64,000 bases of DNA from Candidatus Sericytochromatia bacterium (GTDB taxonomy: Bacteria > Cyanobacteriota > Sericytochromatia > S15B-MN24 > UBA4093). Positions 8,606-18,403 of the stretch are shown here, piece by piece. The position numbers and the translations under genes are program-made. The notes below the pieces were generated by a model. That model saw only the letters and a program-made list of their open reading frames with translations. It did not search any database and was not told the DNA's origin. The stretch spans positions 1-64,000 of the forward strand of contig JAKFCT010000038.1 in NCBI GenBank assembly GCA_036676495.1. The letters are read 5' to 3'. Each line of letters starts with the position of its first letter. The stretch's first letter is position 1.

Positions 8606-11017
8606 TTACTCGGTGACGGGAGTCTTCCGAGTCCGGGTGGAGGTCCGGGTGGACCGCCGGCGCGCCGGGGTCGCGGGAGCCTCTTCCGCCGCGGGAGCGG
8701 CCTCGACCGGCTCGGGCTGCGGGGCTTCCGCCGGCTCCGCGGCCTTGGCGGTCTTCGGGGCCGCCTTGGTCGCCGGGGTCCGGGTGGAGGTCCGGCGACG
8801 AGCCGGCGCCCGGCGCTTGGGCTCGGCGGGGGCTTCCTCAGCCTCCGGGGCCGCGACCTCTGCCTCGACGGTCTCCGCTTCGGCGGTCACGGCAGGCGTC
8901 AGCTCCTGAGGAGCCAGCTCCTGCGGAGCCCGTTCCTCGGCAGCGGGTTCGACCGCGGCCGGGGCGGCTGCGGGGATCTCCGCGGCCTCTTCGGCGGCGA
9001 CCAGCAGGCCGGGCGCCACCTCGACGAGGCGGGTCCGGGGGCGCTGGGGAACGCGCGTCCGACCTTCGCGACGGCGCACCGTCGTGGCCGCTTCCGCGAC
9101 CTCGGCCGGAGCCGCCGGCACGGGTGCCGGAGCCACGGGAGCCACAGGCGCGGGGGCCTCGACCCGGGGAGCCGGAGCCGGCTCGAAAGCACGCTCCTCA
9201 CGAGCGGGACGCGCTTCGCGGGCCGGACGCTCCCGGCGGCGATGACGCTGGCGCTCCTCGCGGCCTTCGCGCGCTTCCCGCGCCACCGGCTCGGGAGTCG
9301 GCAGTTCCTCGAGCTCCTCGAGCATCGCGAACTCCTCGGGCTCGGGCAGCTCGCGCACCGGCAGTTCCTCACGAACCGGGCGCTCTTCGCGGAAGGGGCG
9401 CGCTTCGCGGGCCGGGCGCTCCCGGCGCTCGCGGCGACCCTCACGGCCGAAGCGCTCGCGGGGAGCCGCTTCGCGGGCAGCCGGAACCTCGGGAGCCTCT
9501 TCGAGTTCGAAGGGCTCGATCATCAGGCCCTCTTCCTCGAACTCCTCCTCGGTGGTCGTGGCCTCTTCCACGATCAGCCCCGTCTCCGGAGCCTCCTCGC
9601 GGGGTCCCCGACCGCGACGGCGGCGGCGGCGGCGGCGGCCCCGCCGCTCCTCGGCTTCCTCGGTCGTGGTGACGGGCTCTTCAAGGCCCACGTTCTCGAT
9701 GATGGGCTCCTCGACGAGCTCCTCGACCAGGATCTCGGGCTGCTCCTCGACGGTCTCGGGCTTGAGCTCGGGGAGGGGAAGGCGGATCTCGAAGGGCGTG
9801 ACCTCGTTGCGCACGCGACCGAGTCCCGAGCATTCCGGGCAGCGGTGGGTGAGCTGCTCGAGGATGCTCTGGCCCTGACGGCGACGCGAGAGTTCGAGCA
9901 GGCCGTGCTCCGAGAAGGCCGAGGTGATCTGCGGGCGGGACTTGTCCGGGGCCAGGGCCTCGTTGAAGTGGGCGATCACCTTCTGGCGGTCGGCGGCGTA
10001 GTCCATGGAGATGAAGTCGACGATGACGATCCCGCCGATGTCGCGCAGGCGAATCTGGCGGGCGATCTCGACGGCGGCCTCGAGGTTGGTGCGCAGCACC
10101 GTCTCGTTGAGGCTCTTCGAGGACGTGAGCTTGCCGGAGTTGACGTCGATGACCGTGAGGGCCTCGGTGGCCTCGATGACGATCGACCCGCCCGACGGCA
10201 GGCGCACCGTCGGCTTGAGGGCGTTCTCGAACTCCATGGGGATCCGGTACTGCTGGAGCAAGGGGGTCCGGCCGCGGTAGACCTGGAGGTTGCGGACCAT
10301 CTCGGGCATCCAGCCCTGAAGAATGCTCTTGGCGCGCTGGTAGGAGGCTTCCGAATCGAAGACCACGCGCTCGGTGTCCGCGGTGAGGCGATCGCGCAGC
10401 ACGCGGGTCAGGAGGTCCTGGTCCCGGTAAAGGAGCGCGGGCGGCTGGCTCATCTGGGCCTGGTGGAGGATGTCGGTCCAGCGCTCCAGGAGTTCCTGGA
10501 TGTCGCGCTTGAGCTCGGCCTCGGTGGCGCCGGCGGCCTCGGTGCGGACGATCAGGCCGTGGCCGGGGTCCTTGAGCTCGGAGGCGATCGCCCGCAGCCG
10601 GTCGCGCTCCTTGCCGTCGGTGATCATGCGCGAGAGGCAGACCCGGTTGTCATGGGGCACGAAAACCAAAAACCGACCGGGAATCGAGAGGCGCCCCGTG
10701 AGGCGGGCTCCCTTGGTACCGGTCGGTGCCTTGGCAATCTGGACGACGAGCTTCTCGCCGGGCTTGACGGTCGGGGTCTTCGCCTTGCGCTTGGGACCCT
10801 GCACTTGCGGAAGATCCGCCAGGTGGATGAACCCGTTCTTGTCGTGGCCGATGTTGACGAATGCGGCTTCGATAGCGGGGACGACCGATTCGACGCGTCC
10901 GAGGATGATGTCGCCGACCAGCTGGTCGCCTTGACGCATCACGAACTCGACGGCGCGGCCGTTCTCGAAGACGACGGCCAGGTCGTCAGCCTCGCTGAAT
11001 ACGATTTCTCTCTTCAC
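8606..11017 (-). CDS. rne: Ribonuclease E/G with long disordered C-terminal region
   Basis: S1 domain AAFVNIG..KNGFIH, LTVIDVNSG, EIARQIRLRDIGGIVIVDFI, CPECSG Zn-link; Glu/Arg/Pro-rich tail. Confidence 0.93.
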   Translation of the reverse strand: MKREIVFSEADDLAVVFENGRAVEFVMRQGDQLVGDIILGRVESVVPAIEAAFVNIGHDKNGFIHLADLPQVQGPKRKAKTPTVKPGEKLVVQIAKAPTGTKGARLTGRLSIPGRFLVFVPHDNRVCLSRMITDGKERDRLRAIASELKDPGHGLIVRTEAAGATEAELKRDIQELLERWTDILHQAQMSQPPALLYRDQDLLTRVLRDRLTADTERVVFDSEASYQRAKSILQGWMPEMVRNLQVYRGRTPLLQQYRIPMEFENALKPTVRLPSGGSIVIEATEALTVIDVNSGKLTSSKSLNETVLRTNLEAAVEIARQIRLRDIGGIVIVDFISMDYAADRQKVIAHFNEALAPDKSRPQITSAFSEHGLLELSRRRQGQSILEQLTHRCPECSGLGRVRNEVTPFEIRLPLPELKPETVEEQPEILVEELVEEPIIENVGLEEPVTTTEEAEERRGRRRRRRRRGRGPREEAPETGLIVEEATTTEEEFEEEGLMIEPFELEEAPEVPAAREAAPRERFGREGRRERRERPAREARPFREERPVREELPVRELPEPEEFAMLEELEELPTPEPVAREAREGREERQRHRRRERPAREARPAREERAFEPAPAPRVEAPAPVAPVAPAPVPAAPAEVAEAATTVRRREGRTRVPQRPRTRLVEVAPGLLVAAEEAAEIPAAAPAAVEPAAEERAPQELAPQELTPAVTAEAETVEAEVAAPEAEEAPAEPKRRAPARRRTSTRTPATKAAPKTAKAAEPAEAPQPEPVEAAPAAEEAPATPARRRSTRTSTRTRKTPVTE

Positions 11018-11250
11018 AAAGACTTCCTATGTGTCGCTGTGAGCAAGGGCCGGAGAGGGGGGGAACCCTCCAGGAACGACCCATGCCAAAAGGGGGGACG
11101 GGGCCGGCGCTCGACCCGACCGTTCATCGGCCCATCGATCCCAGCTGGGTCTCGATTCTGGGGCCCGCGACGGGCCGGGGAGCAAGGGAAAAACTTTGCC
11201 TCCATCGTAACAAAGTGCTTAACCTGGGTCAAGCTCCCCGGGTCTCCACC

Positions 11251-11279
11251 TTGCCAAGGCCCGCGCGCGCGCCTATCAT
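11251..11279 (+). promoter_or_regulatory. sigma70-type promoter of ruvC (probably leaderless)
   Basis: TTGCCA-N17-TATCAT, 6 nt before ATG 11286. Confidence 0.55.
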
Positions 11280-11285
11280 GAGGCC

Positions 11286-11804
11286 ATGCGCTTGCTCGGC
11301 ATCGACCCAGGGACCGCCACCGTCGGCTACGGCGTCATCGACGTCGACGGGGACTACCACTCCACCATGGTCGCCTTCGGAGTCATCAAAACCCCGCCCC
11401 ACATGCCCATGGCCGAGCGCCTGCGCATCATCTACGACGATGCCCGCGAGCTGCTGGCCCTCTACAAGCCCGGCGTCGTCGTCATCGAAAAACTCTTCGC
11501 CTTTCGCAACGTCACCAACGTCATCACCGTGGCCCAGGCCCGCGGCGTCCTGACCCTGGCGGCGCATCAGGCGGGCTGCAAGCTCGCCGAGTACACCCCA
11601 ATGCAGGTCAAGCAAACCATCACCGGCTACGGCCGCGCCCAGAAGCTCGAAATCCAGGAGATGGTCCGCGACATGCTCGACCTCCCCTCCATCCCCCGCC
11701 CCGACGACGCCGCCGACGCCCTCGCCTTCGCCCTCACCCACGTCCAGTTCCTGCAAGGCGGCGGCGCGCCCGACGAGGACGATCTCTCCCCGGAGCTCGC
11801 ATGA
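11286..11804 (+). CDS. ruvC: Holliday junction resolvase RuvC
   Basis: LLGIDPG..VGYG, EYTPMQVKQTITGYGRA, PDDAADALA. Confidence 0.96.
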   Translation: MRLLGIDPGTATVGYGVIDVDGDYHSTMVAFGVIKTPPHMPMAERLRIIYDDARELLALYKPGVVVIEKLFAFRNVTNVITVAQARGVLTLAAHQAGCKLAEYTPMQVKQTITGYGRAQKLEIQEMVRDMLDLPSIPRPDDAADALAFALTHVQFLQGGGAPDEDDLSPELA

Positions 11805-12406
11805 TCATCTCCCTGAAGGGCACGCTCGCCCACTTCGGAAACGACTACGCCATCCTCGACGTACACGGAGTCGGCTACCAGGTCTTCCTCTCCGCCAGGC
11901 AGCTCCGCGACCTGCCCCCCGAAGGCCAGACCGTCACCCTCTACACCTACCTCGCCCACCGCGAGGACGCCATGCTGCTCTACGGCTTCCCCTCCCTCGA
12001 AGAACGCGAGCTCTTCCTCATGCTCACCTCCGTCTCCGGAGTGGGCACCAAGACCGCGCTGGGGATCCTCTCGGCCATGAGCGCCTCGGACGTGGTCACG
12101 GCGATCGCCACCGCCGACTCCAAGCGCCTCGCCAAGGCTCCCGGCATCGGCAAGAAGACCGCCGAACGCCTGATCCTCGAGCTCAAGGAGAAACTCACCG
12201 CCAAGCGCACTGCCTTCCGCGAAGGCCTCGGCGCCCATGCCCTCCCCGCCTCGGGCCTCAGCACGGAACTGCAGGAGGCCGAGCTCGCCCTGCTCTCCCT
12301 CGGCTACGATCCCGACGAGATTGCCACCGCCCTCGGCCGCATCCCTCCGGGCGCCTCCATCGAAGACGCCATCCGGTCGGCCATCGAACGCCTGAGCGAA
12401 ATCTAA
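11801..12406 (+). CDS. ruvA: Holliday junction branch migration protein RuvA
   Basis: GVGYQV, REDAMLLYGF, VSGVGTKTAL, PGIGKKTAERLILELK; ATGA overlap with ruvC. Confidence 0.96.
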   Translation: MIISLKGTLAHFGNDYAILDVHGVGYQVFLSARQLRDLPPEGQTVTLYTYLAHREDAMLLYGFPSLEERELFLMLTSVSGVGTKTALGILSAMSASDVVTAIATADSKRLAKAPGIGKKTAERLILELKEKLTAKRTAFREGLGAHALPASGLSTELQEAELALLSLGYDPDEIATALGRIPPGASIEDAIRSAIERLSEI

Positions 12407-12510
12407 GCATGTGCTCCCGCGGACCAAGGCCCGCTTGGCTTCTTCGAAGCCGCTTCCTATGCCGCTCGGCAGCGGCAAGGAAGCCTTATTTAGCGGGCCA
12501 GGCCGCTTAG

Positions 12511-14475
12511 CTACGCCGCGGACGGCGGCTCCACCCGGCATGCCGCCGGGACGCCGCGGGGCAGCCGGAACCAGAACGTGCTGCCCTTGCCCGGCTCGCT
12601 GCGCACCCCGATCTGTCCCCCATGGGCCTCGACTTGCGCCTTGCTGATGCTGAGTCCCAAGCCCGTTCCCGCCTTCATCCGGCTTCCGGCCTCCAATTGC
12701 GAGAAGCGCTTGAAGAGCTTGGGGACATCCTCCGGCGCGATCCCGATCCCGGTGTCGCTGACCTCGCAGAGCACGCCGTCCCCATCCTCCTTCAGCCGAA
12801 CCTCCACATGCCCCCCTTCGGGCGTGAACTTGAGGGAGTTGCCGATCAAGTTGGAGACCACCCGCTCGATGCGCTGCGGATCCAGCACCTGCATCACCGG
12901 GGCTTCCGGCATGGAGGCGTGAAGGTCCAGGTGGCGCTCCTCCGCCTGGGGGCGAAGGCTGTCGACGAGCTCCCGGATCCGCCCGGCCAGGTCCGTCTCC
13001 TCGCAGTGCAGCCGGAACGTGCCGGCGTCCAGGCGCGCGACGTCCAGGAGATCGTTGACCATGCCCTCCAGCCGCTTGGAGCTCTTCGTGATCTGATCGA
13101 CGAAGTCATGCTGCGTCGGAGTGAGCGGGCCCCCGAGCTCGTCCTCCAGGAACTCCGCGTAGCCCAGGATCGAGGTCAGGGGAGTGCGCAGGTCATGGGA
13201 GACGGCGTTGACGAAATCGCCCTTGAGCTTGTCGAGTTCCTTGAGTTTCTCGAACTGCTCGCGCAAGGTGGCCTCGAGACGTTTCCGCACGGTGATGTCG
13301 CGCGAGATCACCATGACCCCGATCAAGCTCCCGTCAGAGGCGTAGTAAGGGTACTTGGAGCTGTCGTAGACCCGATCCTCACCTCCCGGAGTGCGAACTT
13401 CGATCTCGTAACTCTGCGGGGCCTCCGAGGCGAGGACGGCCTGGTCGTTCTCCATGATCCGGCGCGCCGTGTCTGCCTCGAAGATCTCGACATCCCGCCG
13501 GCCGAGGATCTCCGGGACCGGCCGCCCCGCCATGCGTGCGAAGGCCGGGTTCGCCAGGAGGTAGCGCCCCTCGCGGTCCCGGATCATGATGAGGTCCGGC
13601 GAGGTCTCGATGAGGGTTCGCAGCGTGGCCTCGCGCTTGCTCAAGGAGGCCTCGACCTGCTCCAGCACTCCGGAGTGCCACCAGAGCAGGGAGGCGGTGA
13701 CGACGACCATGCTCGTCACCATGAACCCGGTCACGAGGGGGGGATCGATTCCCCATGCCCGTCGCGCCCAGAGGCCCATCAGCCCCAGCAAGACCGGAGT
13801 GAGCAAAACCACGGGAAGCAGGCTCCTCAGAATCCGCCCGCCCAGACCCTCGCTGGAGAGCAAGGCCATGAACCCCCGTTCAGGGCGGGCTGCCAGCAGG
13901 CCCGAGGCCAGGATCAGGAACGCCAGGGCCGTGCTCAGGGCCATGGGATGGACCCCCGGCCCCAGGCGGGTGAAGGTGGCCACCTCGAAGAGGTAGCCGA
14001 CGAGCGGAAAGAAGGCGAGAATGGCGGCGCCCAGTGCGAGGACCTGCGACATCCGCTGAAGGCCGGGCGATCGGGCGCCCAGGGCGTACATGCTGGCGCC
14101 GAGCAGTAGCAAGCCCAGGGCCGTATTGGGCGCCACGGGGCCCAGCGGCTCGCTCGCAAGCACGAGCGGCGTGCCCCAGAACCCTCCGCCGAGCACGAGC
14201 CCGCCGATCACGACGGCCGCGACGACGGCCGCCCGCGCGGCGCGGAGGGCCCGCGGCGGAGGGGGATCCGCGCCTTGGAGCCCGAGCGCTCCCCCCAGCA
14301 GCAGGATGGCGACGGCGACCAGCGGATGCATCGCGTCCGCGGGCATGGAGCCGCCGCGTCCGGTCAGGACGGGCAGCCAGGTGAGGAGGACCAGGACGGC
14401 GAGCGCCGAGGCCCCGAGGCTCGCCGCACGGGCGTAGCGGCGAAGATACCGCAGCAGCTGCGGATGGCGTCGCAT
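12511..14475 (-). CDS. Multi-TM PAS-domain sensor histidine kinase (HisKA + HATPase)
   Basis: About 7 TM segments, PAS ([13 protein letters not shown]...ISRDIT), [28 protein letters not shown]. Confidence 0.92.
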   Translation of the reverse strand: MRRHPQLLRYLRRYARAASLGASALAVLVLLTWLPVLTGRGGSMPADAMHPLVAVAILLLGGALGLQGADPPPPRALRAARAAVVAAVVIGGLVLGGGFWGTPLVLASEPLGPVAPNTALGLLLLGASMYALGARSPGLQRMSQVLALGAAILAFFPLVGYLFEVATFTRLGPGVHPMALSTALAFLILASGLLAARPERGFMALLSSEGLGGRILRSLLPVVLLTPVLLGLMGLWARRAWGIDPPLVTGFMVTSMVVVTASLLWWHSGVLEQVEASLSKREATLRTLIETSPDLIMIRDREGRYLLANPAFARMAGRPVPEILGRRDVEIFEADTARRIMENDQAVLASEAPQSYEIEVRTPGGEDRVYDSSKYPYYASDGSLIGVMVISRDITVRKRLEATLREQFEKLKELDKLKGDFVNAVSHDLRTPLTSILGYAEFLEDELGGPLTPTQHDFVDQITKSSKRLEGMVNDLLDVARLDAGTFRLHCEETDLAGRIRELVDSLRPQAEERHLDLHASMPEAPVMQVLDPQRIERVVSNLIGNSLKFTPEGGHVEVRLKEDGDGVLCEVSDTGIGIAPEDVPKLFKRFSQLEAGSRMKAGTGLGLSISKAQVEAHGGQIGVRSEPGKGSTFWFRLPRGVPAACRVEPPSAA

Positions 14476-14610
14476 GAACCCCCGCCCCCTCCCGTTCGAC
14501 TCCTCCTGCCCACGCCGGCACCGATCGGCCGAGACGCGCCGATCCGGCGCCCTCCACCGGCAATTTACCGAAGTCGGGATCGGATCGCCAGGGAAGGCTC
14601 CCTGATGGGG

Positions 14611-15801
14611 CTAGAGTCCCAATTCGGAGACGATCTGCCCGGGATCCTCGGCCACGCGGCGGCGGTAGCACATGCGCTGCAGGATCTGGGGAAGGTCGCG
14701 GATCGGCTTGCCTTGCCGCAAGAGTTCGGCCAGGACCGCGTGGATCTCGCTGAGATCGTAGGATTCCCGGGCCAGCCGGACCACCGCCGGAGCCCGCAGC
14801 GAGACCTTTTCGAGCAGCAGGTCGACCTCGTCGTAGCTGAGGATCTGATGGGCATGGTCCTGGGCCACCGCCCGCAGGTGCTGGAGGATGACCGACTGGG
14901 GCAGAAGGAGCAAGCAGCCCATGGCGGCCGCCTGGGGCGCCATGTCCTCGGGGACCCAGACGGCAGCCCGCCCGCTGAGGGGTTCCTGGGCCGCCAGGGC
15001 CCGGGCGTCGCGGCTCAGCTCCGCAGGCGGATCGAGCGCGAGCACGTAGCCGATGGCCAGGTGCCCACCCGCCACGGGGATACCGCGCACCAGGATCCGG
15101 TACTCGCCGGCCCCCAGGTTGAGGTTGTCGCGGAACTGGACCCCCGGCAGGACGAAGCCGGTCTCCATGGCCAATTCGACCCGCATCTGGACGACCTGAT
15201 CCATGAGGTAGCCGCCCGCGGTGGGCTCCACCAGGGTCACGACGTCGATGCCGAACTCCACCGCCACCGGGGCCAGCCCCAAGAGATCGAAGACGTTCTC
15301 GGGGTTGCGCAGGGCGGGATCGATCGCGCCGACCTCCTCGCCGTGGGCGCGCGGCTCGGGTTCGGCGAAGATCATCGGGATCGGCAAGCGCGGGGCCAAG
15401 GTCTTCGGGATCTGAGCGACCAGGCCTCCGAGACGGCGCAGGCGGCCCATGTCGCCGGGCGGCAGGCCCGGGGGAGCTCCCTTGCGGCGGTAGGCGGCCT
15501 CGGCGAGCTGCTTCAGCTGATCGAACTGGTGAAGGGCCGCATTGGCGTCGAAGCGCAGGCGATCGTCGTTGGCCAAAGCCGCCACGATCCGCTCCACTTC
15601 CTCCGGACATTCCGGCAGCATCCCGCTGGCGTTCGCCTGAGCGAGGAGGCCCTCGGCATGGCGCAGGACCTCCATGCCCGGGGTGACGGTCTGGATCAGG
15701 GTCTCGACGTAGCGAAGGGCCTCGGCGTCGTCCTTGAGGACTTCGAGCTCTCCTTCCGCCGATCCTTTGCCCTCGATCACCGTGAACCGCTCGCGCGCCA
15801 T
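14611..15801 (-). CDS. Soluble FHIPEP/FlhA cytoplasmic-domain paralog with unrelated N-terminal domain
   Basis: [18 protein letters not shown]...[24 protein letters not shown]...AVWV...VILQHL..V...AHQIL...IRDLPQIL aligns with FlhA at 27385-29478; no TM region. Confidence 0.85.
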   Translation of the reverse strand: MARERFTVIEGKGSAEGELEVLKDDAEALRYVETLIQTVTPGMEVLRHAEGLLAQANASGMLPECPEEVERIVAALANDDRLRFDANAALHQFDQLKQLAEAAYRRKGAPPGLPPGDMGRLRRLGGLVAQIPKTLAPRLPIPMIFAEPEPRAHGEEVGAIDPALRNPENVFDLLGLAPVAVEFGIDVVTLVEPTAGGYLMDQVVQMRVELAMETGFVLPGVQFRDNLNLGAGEYRILVRGIPVAGGHLAIGYVLALDPPAELSRDARALAAQEPLSGRAAVWVPEDMAPQAAAMGCLLLLPQSVILQHLRAVAQDHAHQILSYDEVDLLLEKVSLRAPAVVRLARESYDLSEIHAVLAELLRQGKPIRDLPQILQRMCYRRRVAEDPGQIVSELGL

Positions 15802-15908
15802 GCTTCACCCCCTCTGAATCGGTTGCCGGGTCCACTATACCCCAACGAGCGAGCGGCCATTCAGGGGGGGACGGCCGCGGGCGGGGCGGTCCCGGATGGA
15901 ACAGTCGT

Positions 15909-15937
15909 TCGACCCCGGGGCGTTCGGATGGTACAAT
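15909..15937 (+). promoter_or_regulatory. sigma70-type promoter of ruvB
   Basis: TCGACC-N17-TACAAT. Confidence 0.45.
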
Positions 15938-15975
15938 GGCCCTGGAGATCCGCCCCGTTCCAGAGGAGACGTCCC

Positions 15976-17040
15976 TTGGCCATCGTTCCGTCCACGCCCG
16001 AGCCGCGGGAAGTGCTCTCGCCGGCGCAGAGCCCGGCAGAGTCCCAGCTCGAAGCCAGCCTCCGCCCGCAATCGCTGGAGGACTACACCGGGCAAGAAGC
16101 CCTCAAGGACGGCCTGAAGATCGCCATCGAGGCCGCCCGGCACCGCCAGGAGCCGCTCGATCATGTGCTCTTCTACGGGCCCCCGGGCCTGGGGAAAACC
16201 ACGCTGGCCGGGATCCTCGCCCATGAGATGGGCTCCCAGCTGCGGATCACCTCGGCGCCCGCCCTGGAGCGGCCGCGCGATCTGGCCGGCTTGCTCGTCG
16301 CCCTCAAGCCGGGCGACATCCTCTTCATCGACGAGATCCACCGCCTCAACCGGCTGGCCGAGGAGATCCTCTATCCCGCCATGGAGGACTGCGCGCTCGA
16401 CATCACCATCGGCAAGGGGCAGACCGCGCGGATCAAGCGCCTTCCCTTGAAGCGCTTCACGCTGGTGGGGGCCACCACGCGGGCCGGAAGCCTCTCGGCT
16501 CCCTTGCGCGATCGCTTCGGCCTGATTCAACGCCTCGAATTCTACCGGCCGCATGAGCTGGCGAGCATCCTGGTGCGCGCGGCGGGGATCCTGAAGGTCG
16601 ACCTCAGCCCGGAAGGCGCCGAGGCGATCGCCAAGCGCTCCCGCGGCACCCCCCGCATCGCCAACCGCCTCCTCAAGCGCGTCCGCGACTTCGCCCAGGT
16701 GCGCGCCAACGGGCAAGTGACCGCCGAAGTGGCGGAAGAGGCGCTCGGCCAGCTTCACATCGACGCCCTCGGGCTGGACCCCACCGACCGCCGGCTGCTG
16801 GAACTCGTGATCACCCAGTTCGACGGGGGACCGGTCGGGATCGAAACCCTGGCCACCGCGCTTTCCGAGGACGTCTCCACCCTCGAGGACGTGGTCGAAC
16901 CCTACCTCCTGCAGGCGGGCCTGTGGCGCCGTACCCCGCGCGGGCGCACGGTCACGCCCCAAGCCTACCGACATCTCGGCCTGACGCCGCCTCAGCAATC
17001 CCTCGCGCTGCCGCTGAGCATGCTGAACGAAAGCAACTGA
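15976..17040 (+). CDS. ruvB: Holliday junction helicase RuvB
   Basis: [41 protein letters not shown]; start set at TTG 15976 after GAGGAG. Confidence 0.96.
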   Translation: MAIVPSTPEPREVLSPAQSPAESQLEASLRPQSLEDYTGQEALKDGLKIAIEAARHRQEPLDHVLFYGPPGLGKTTLAGILAHEMGSQLRITSAPALERPRDLAGLLVALKPGDILFIDEIHRLNRLAEEILYPAMEDCALDITIGKGQTARIKRLPLKRFTLVGATTRAGSLSAPLRDRFGLIQRLEFYRPHELASILVRAAGILKVDLSPEGAEAIAKRSRGTPRIANRLLKRVRDFAQVRANGQVTAEVAEEALGQLHIDALGLDPTDRRLLELVITQFDGGPVGIETLATALSEDVSTLEDVVEPYLLQAGLWRRTPRGRTVTPQAYRHLGLTPPQQSLALPLSMLNESN

Positions 17041-17065
17041 CGGAAAGCGAACGATCGATTATAAT
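17037..17065 (+). promoter_or_regulatory. sigma70-type promoter of ilvE
   Basis: CTGACG-N17-TATAAT. Confidence 0.6.
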
Positions 17066-17190
17066 GGGTGTATCGGGGCGACCAACCTAGCTCCCGAGCA
17101 TCTTGGATCGCCAGAAAGCCCCGCCTGGGCTGGTCCCAACGGTGTGACCCCACGGCGCTGACCGCAGCGACCGGAGAGAAAGGTAGCGAC

Positions 17191-18153
17191 ATGGCGCAAC
17201 AGCTCGCCTACTTCCAGGGGGACTTCGTCCCGCTCGAAGAAGCCAATATCAATATCCTCACCCACGCTTTCAACTACGGAACCGGATGCTTCGAAGGCAT
17301 CCGCGCCTACTGGAACGAGCAGAAGGAAGAGCTTTTCGTCCTTCACCTCGAAGCCCATTTCCGCCGTCTGGAGCGCTCCGCCAAGATCCTCCACGCGAAG
17401 CTTCCCCACTCGGTCGAAGAGCTCTGCGCGATCACCATGGAGCTGATCCGCCGCTGCGGGTACCGCCAGGACATCTACCTCCGGCCGACCCTCTACAAGG
17501 CCGATCACGTCATGGGCGTCAAGCTGCACAACCTCACCGACGAGCTCTGCATCTACGTGATCCCCATGGGCACCTACGTCGACATCGATCGCCCCCTCAA
17601 GGTCGGAGTCTCCTCCTGGCGCCGGATCAACGATAACCAGATCCCCGCCCGGGCCAAGATCGTCGGAGCCTACGTCAACTCGGCGTTCGCCAAGACCGAG
17701 GCCAACCTCAACGGCTTCGACGAGGCCATCTTCCTCAACGAGCAAGGCCACGTCTGCGAAGGCTCCGCCGAGAACCTCTTCATGGTGCGCAACGGCGCCC
17801 TGATCACCCCCGGCGAGAACGAGGACATCCTCGAAGGCATCACCCGCGCCTCCGTCATCGAGCTGGCCCAGAAGGAACTCGGCCTCGAGACCGTCATGCG
17901 CGCCATCGATCGCTCGGAGATCTACGTCTGCGACGAGATCTTCCTCTGCGGCACCGGCGCCCAGATCGCCTGGGTCAACGAGGCAGATCATCGCCCGATC
18001 GGCACCGGCAAGATGGGCCCCATCACCGCTCAGCTGCGCGACCTCTACTTCCGCGCCGTGCGCGGAGATCTGCCCCAGTACATGCACTGGCTGGACGCCG
18101 CCTACGGCTCCAACGGCGCGGCCAAGGCCGACCGCGAGGCAAGCCTCACCTAG
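17191..18153 (+). CDS. ilvE: Branched-chain amino acid aminotransferase
   Basis: HAFNYGTGCFEGIRAY, AKIVGAYVNS, EGSAENLF, ILEGITR, CGTGAQI. Confidence 0.95.
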   Translation: MAQQLAYFQGDFVPLEEANINILTHAFNYGTGCFEGIRAYWNEQKEELFVLHLEAHFRRLERSAKILHAKLPHSVEELCAITMELIRRCGYRQDIYLRPTLYKADHVMGVKLHNLTDELCIYVIPMGTYVDIDRPLKVGVSSWRRINDNQIPARAKIVGAYVNSAFAKTEANLNGFDEAIFLNEQGHVCEGSAENLFMVRNGALITPGENEDILEGITRASVIELAQKELGLETVMRAIDRSEIYVCDEIFLCGTGAQIAWVNEADHRPIGTGKMGPITAQLRDLYFRAVRGDLPQYMHWLDAAYGSNGAAKADREASLT

Positions 18154-18191
18154 CGCCCGCCGCACCGACGTGCGCGAAGTCCCATGATCAC

Positions 18192-18222
18192 GAGGTCCCC
18201 GCTGTCGCGGGGACCTCTTTTT
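18192..18222 (+). terminator. Intrinsic terminator after ilvE
   Basis: gaggtccccgc-tgtc-gcggggacctc-ttttt. Confidence 0.85.
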
Positions 18223-18292
18223 AATGCCCACCCCGCCCCTTGCATGGAGCCGCCGATCCCGCGCCGCAGGCTTTACCCAAAGATCCCGATCT

Positions 18293-18363
18293 CTTAAGCC
18301 AGACTTAAGTCTCAGGACGCAAGATCCCCTCCCGAGCCCCCGATAAATAACCTAAGCCAAGGG
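18293..18363 (+). promoter_or_regulatory. TTAA-N7-TTAA box plus sigma28-like promoter
   Basis: TTAA-gccagac-TTAA ... CAAG-N15-CCCGATAA-ataa-CCTAAGCCAAGGG. Confidence 0.55.
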
Positions 18364-18403
18364 ATTAACACCTAGTGAAAAGCTCGGTTCGGAAAGGAAG
18401 TAG

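Noticed and set aside
7685-11281. 1198-aa + strand ORF
   Set aside because: Antisense shadow of rne and rluD, expected from high-GC codon bias; no motifs
14275-15975. Apparent N-terminal extension making RuvB 921 aa
   Set aside because: Antisense to the FlhA paralog; ruvB has its own RBS, TTG start at 15976 and candidate promoter
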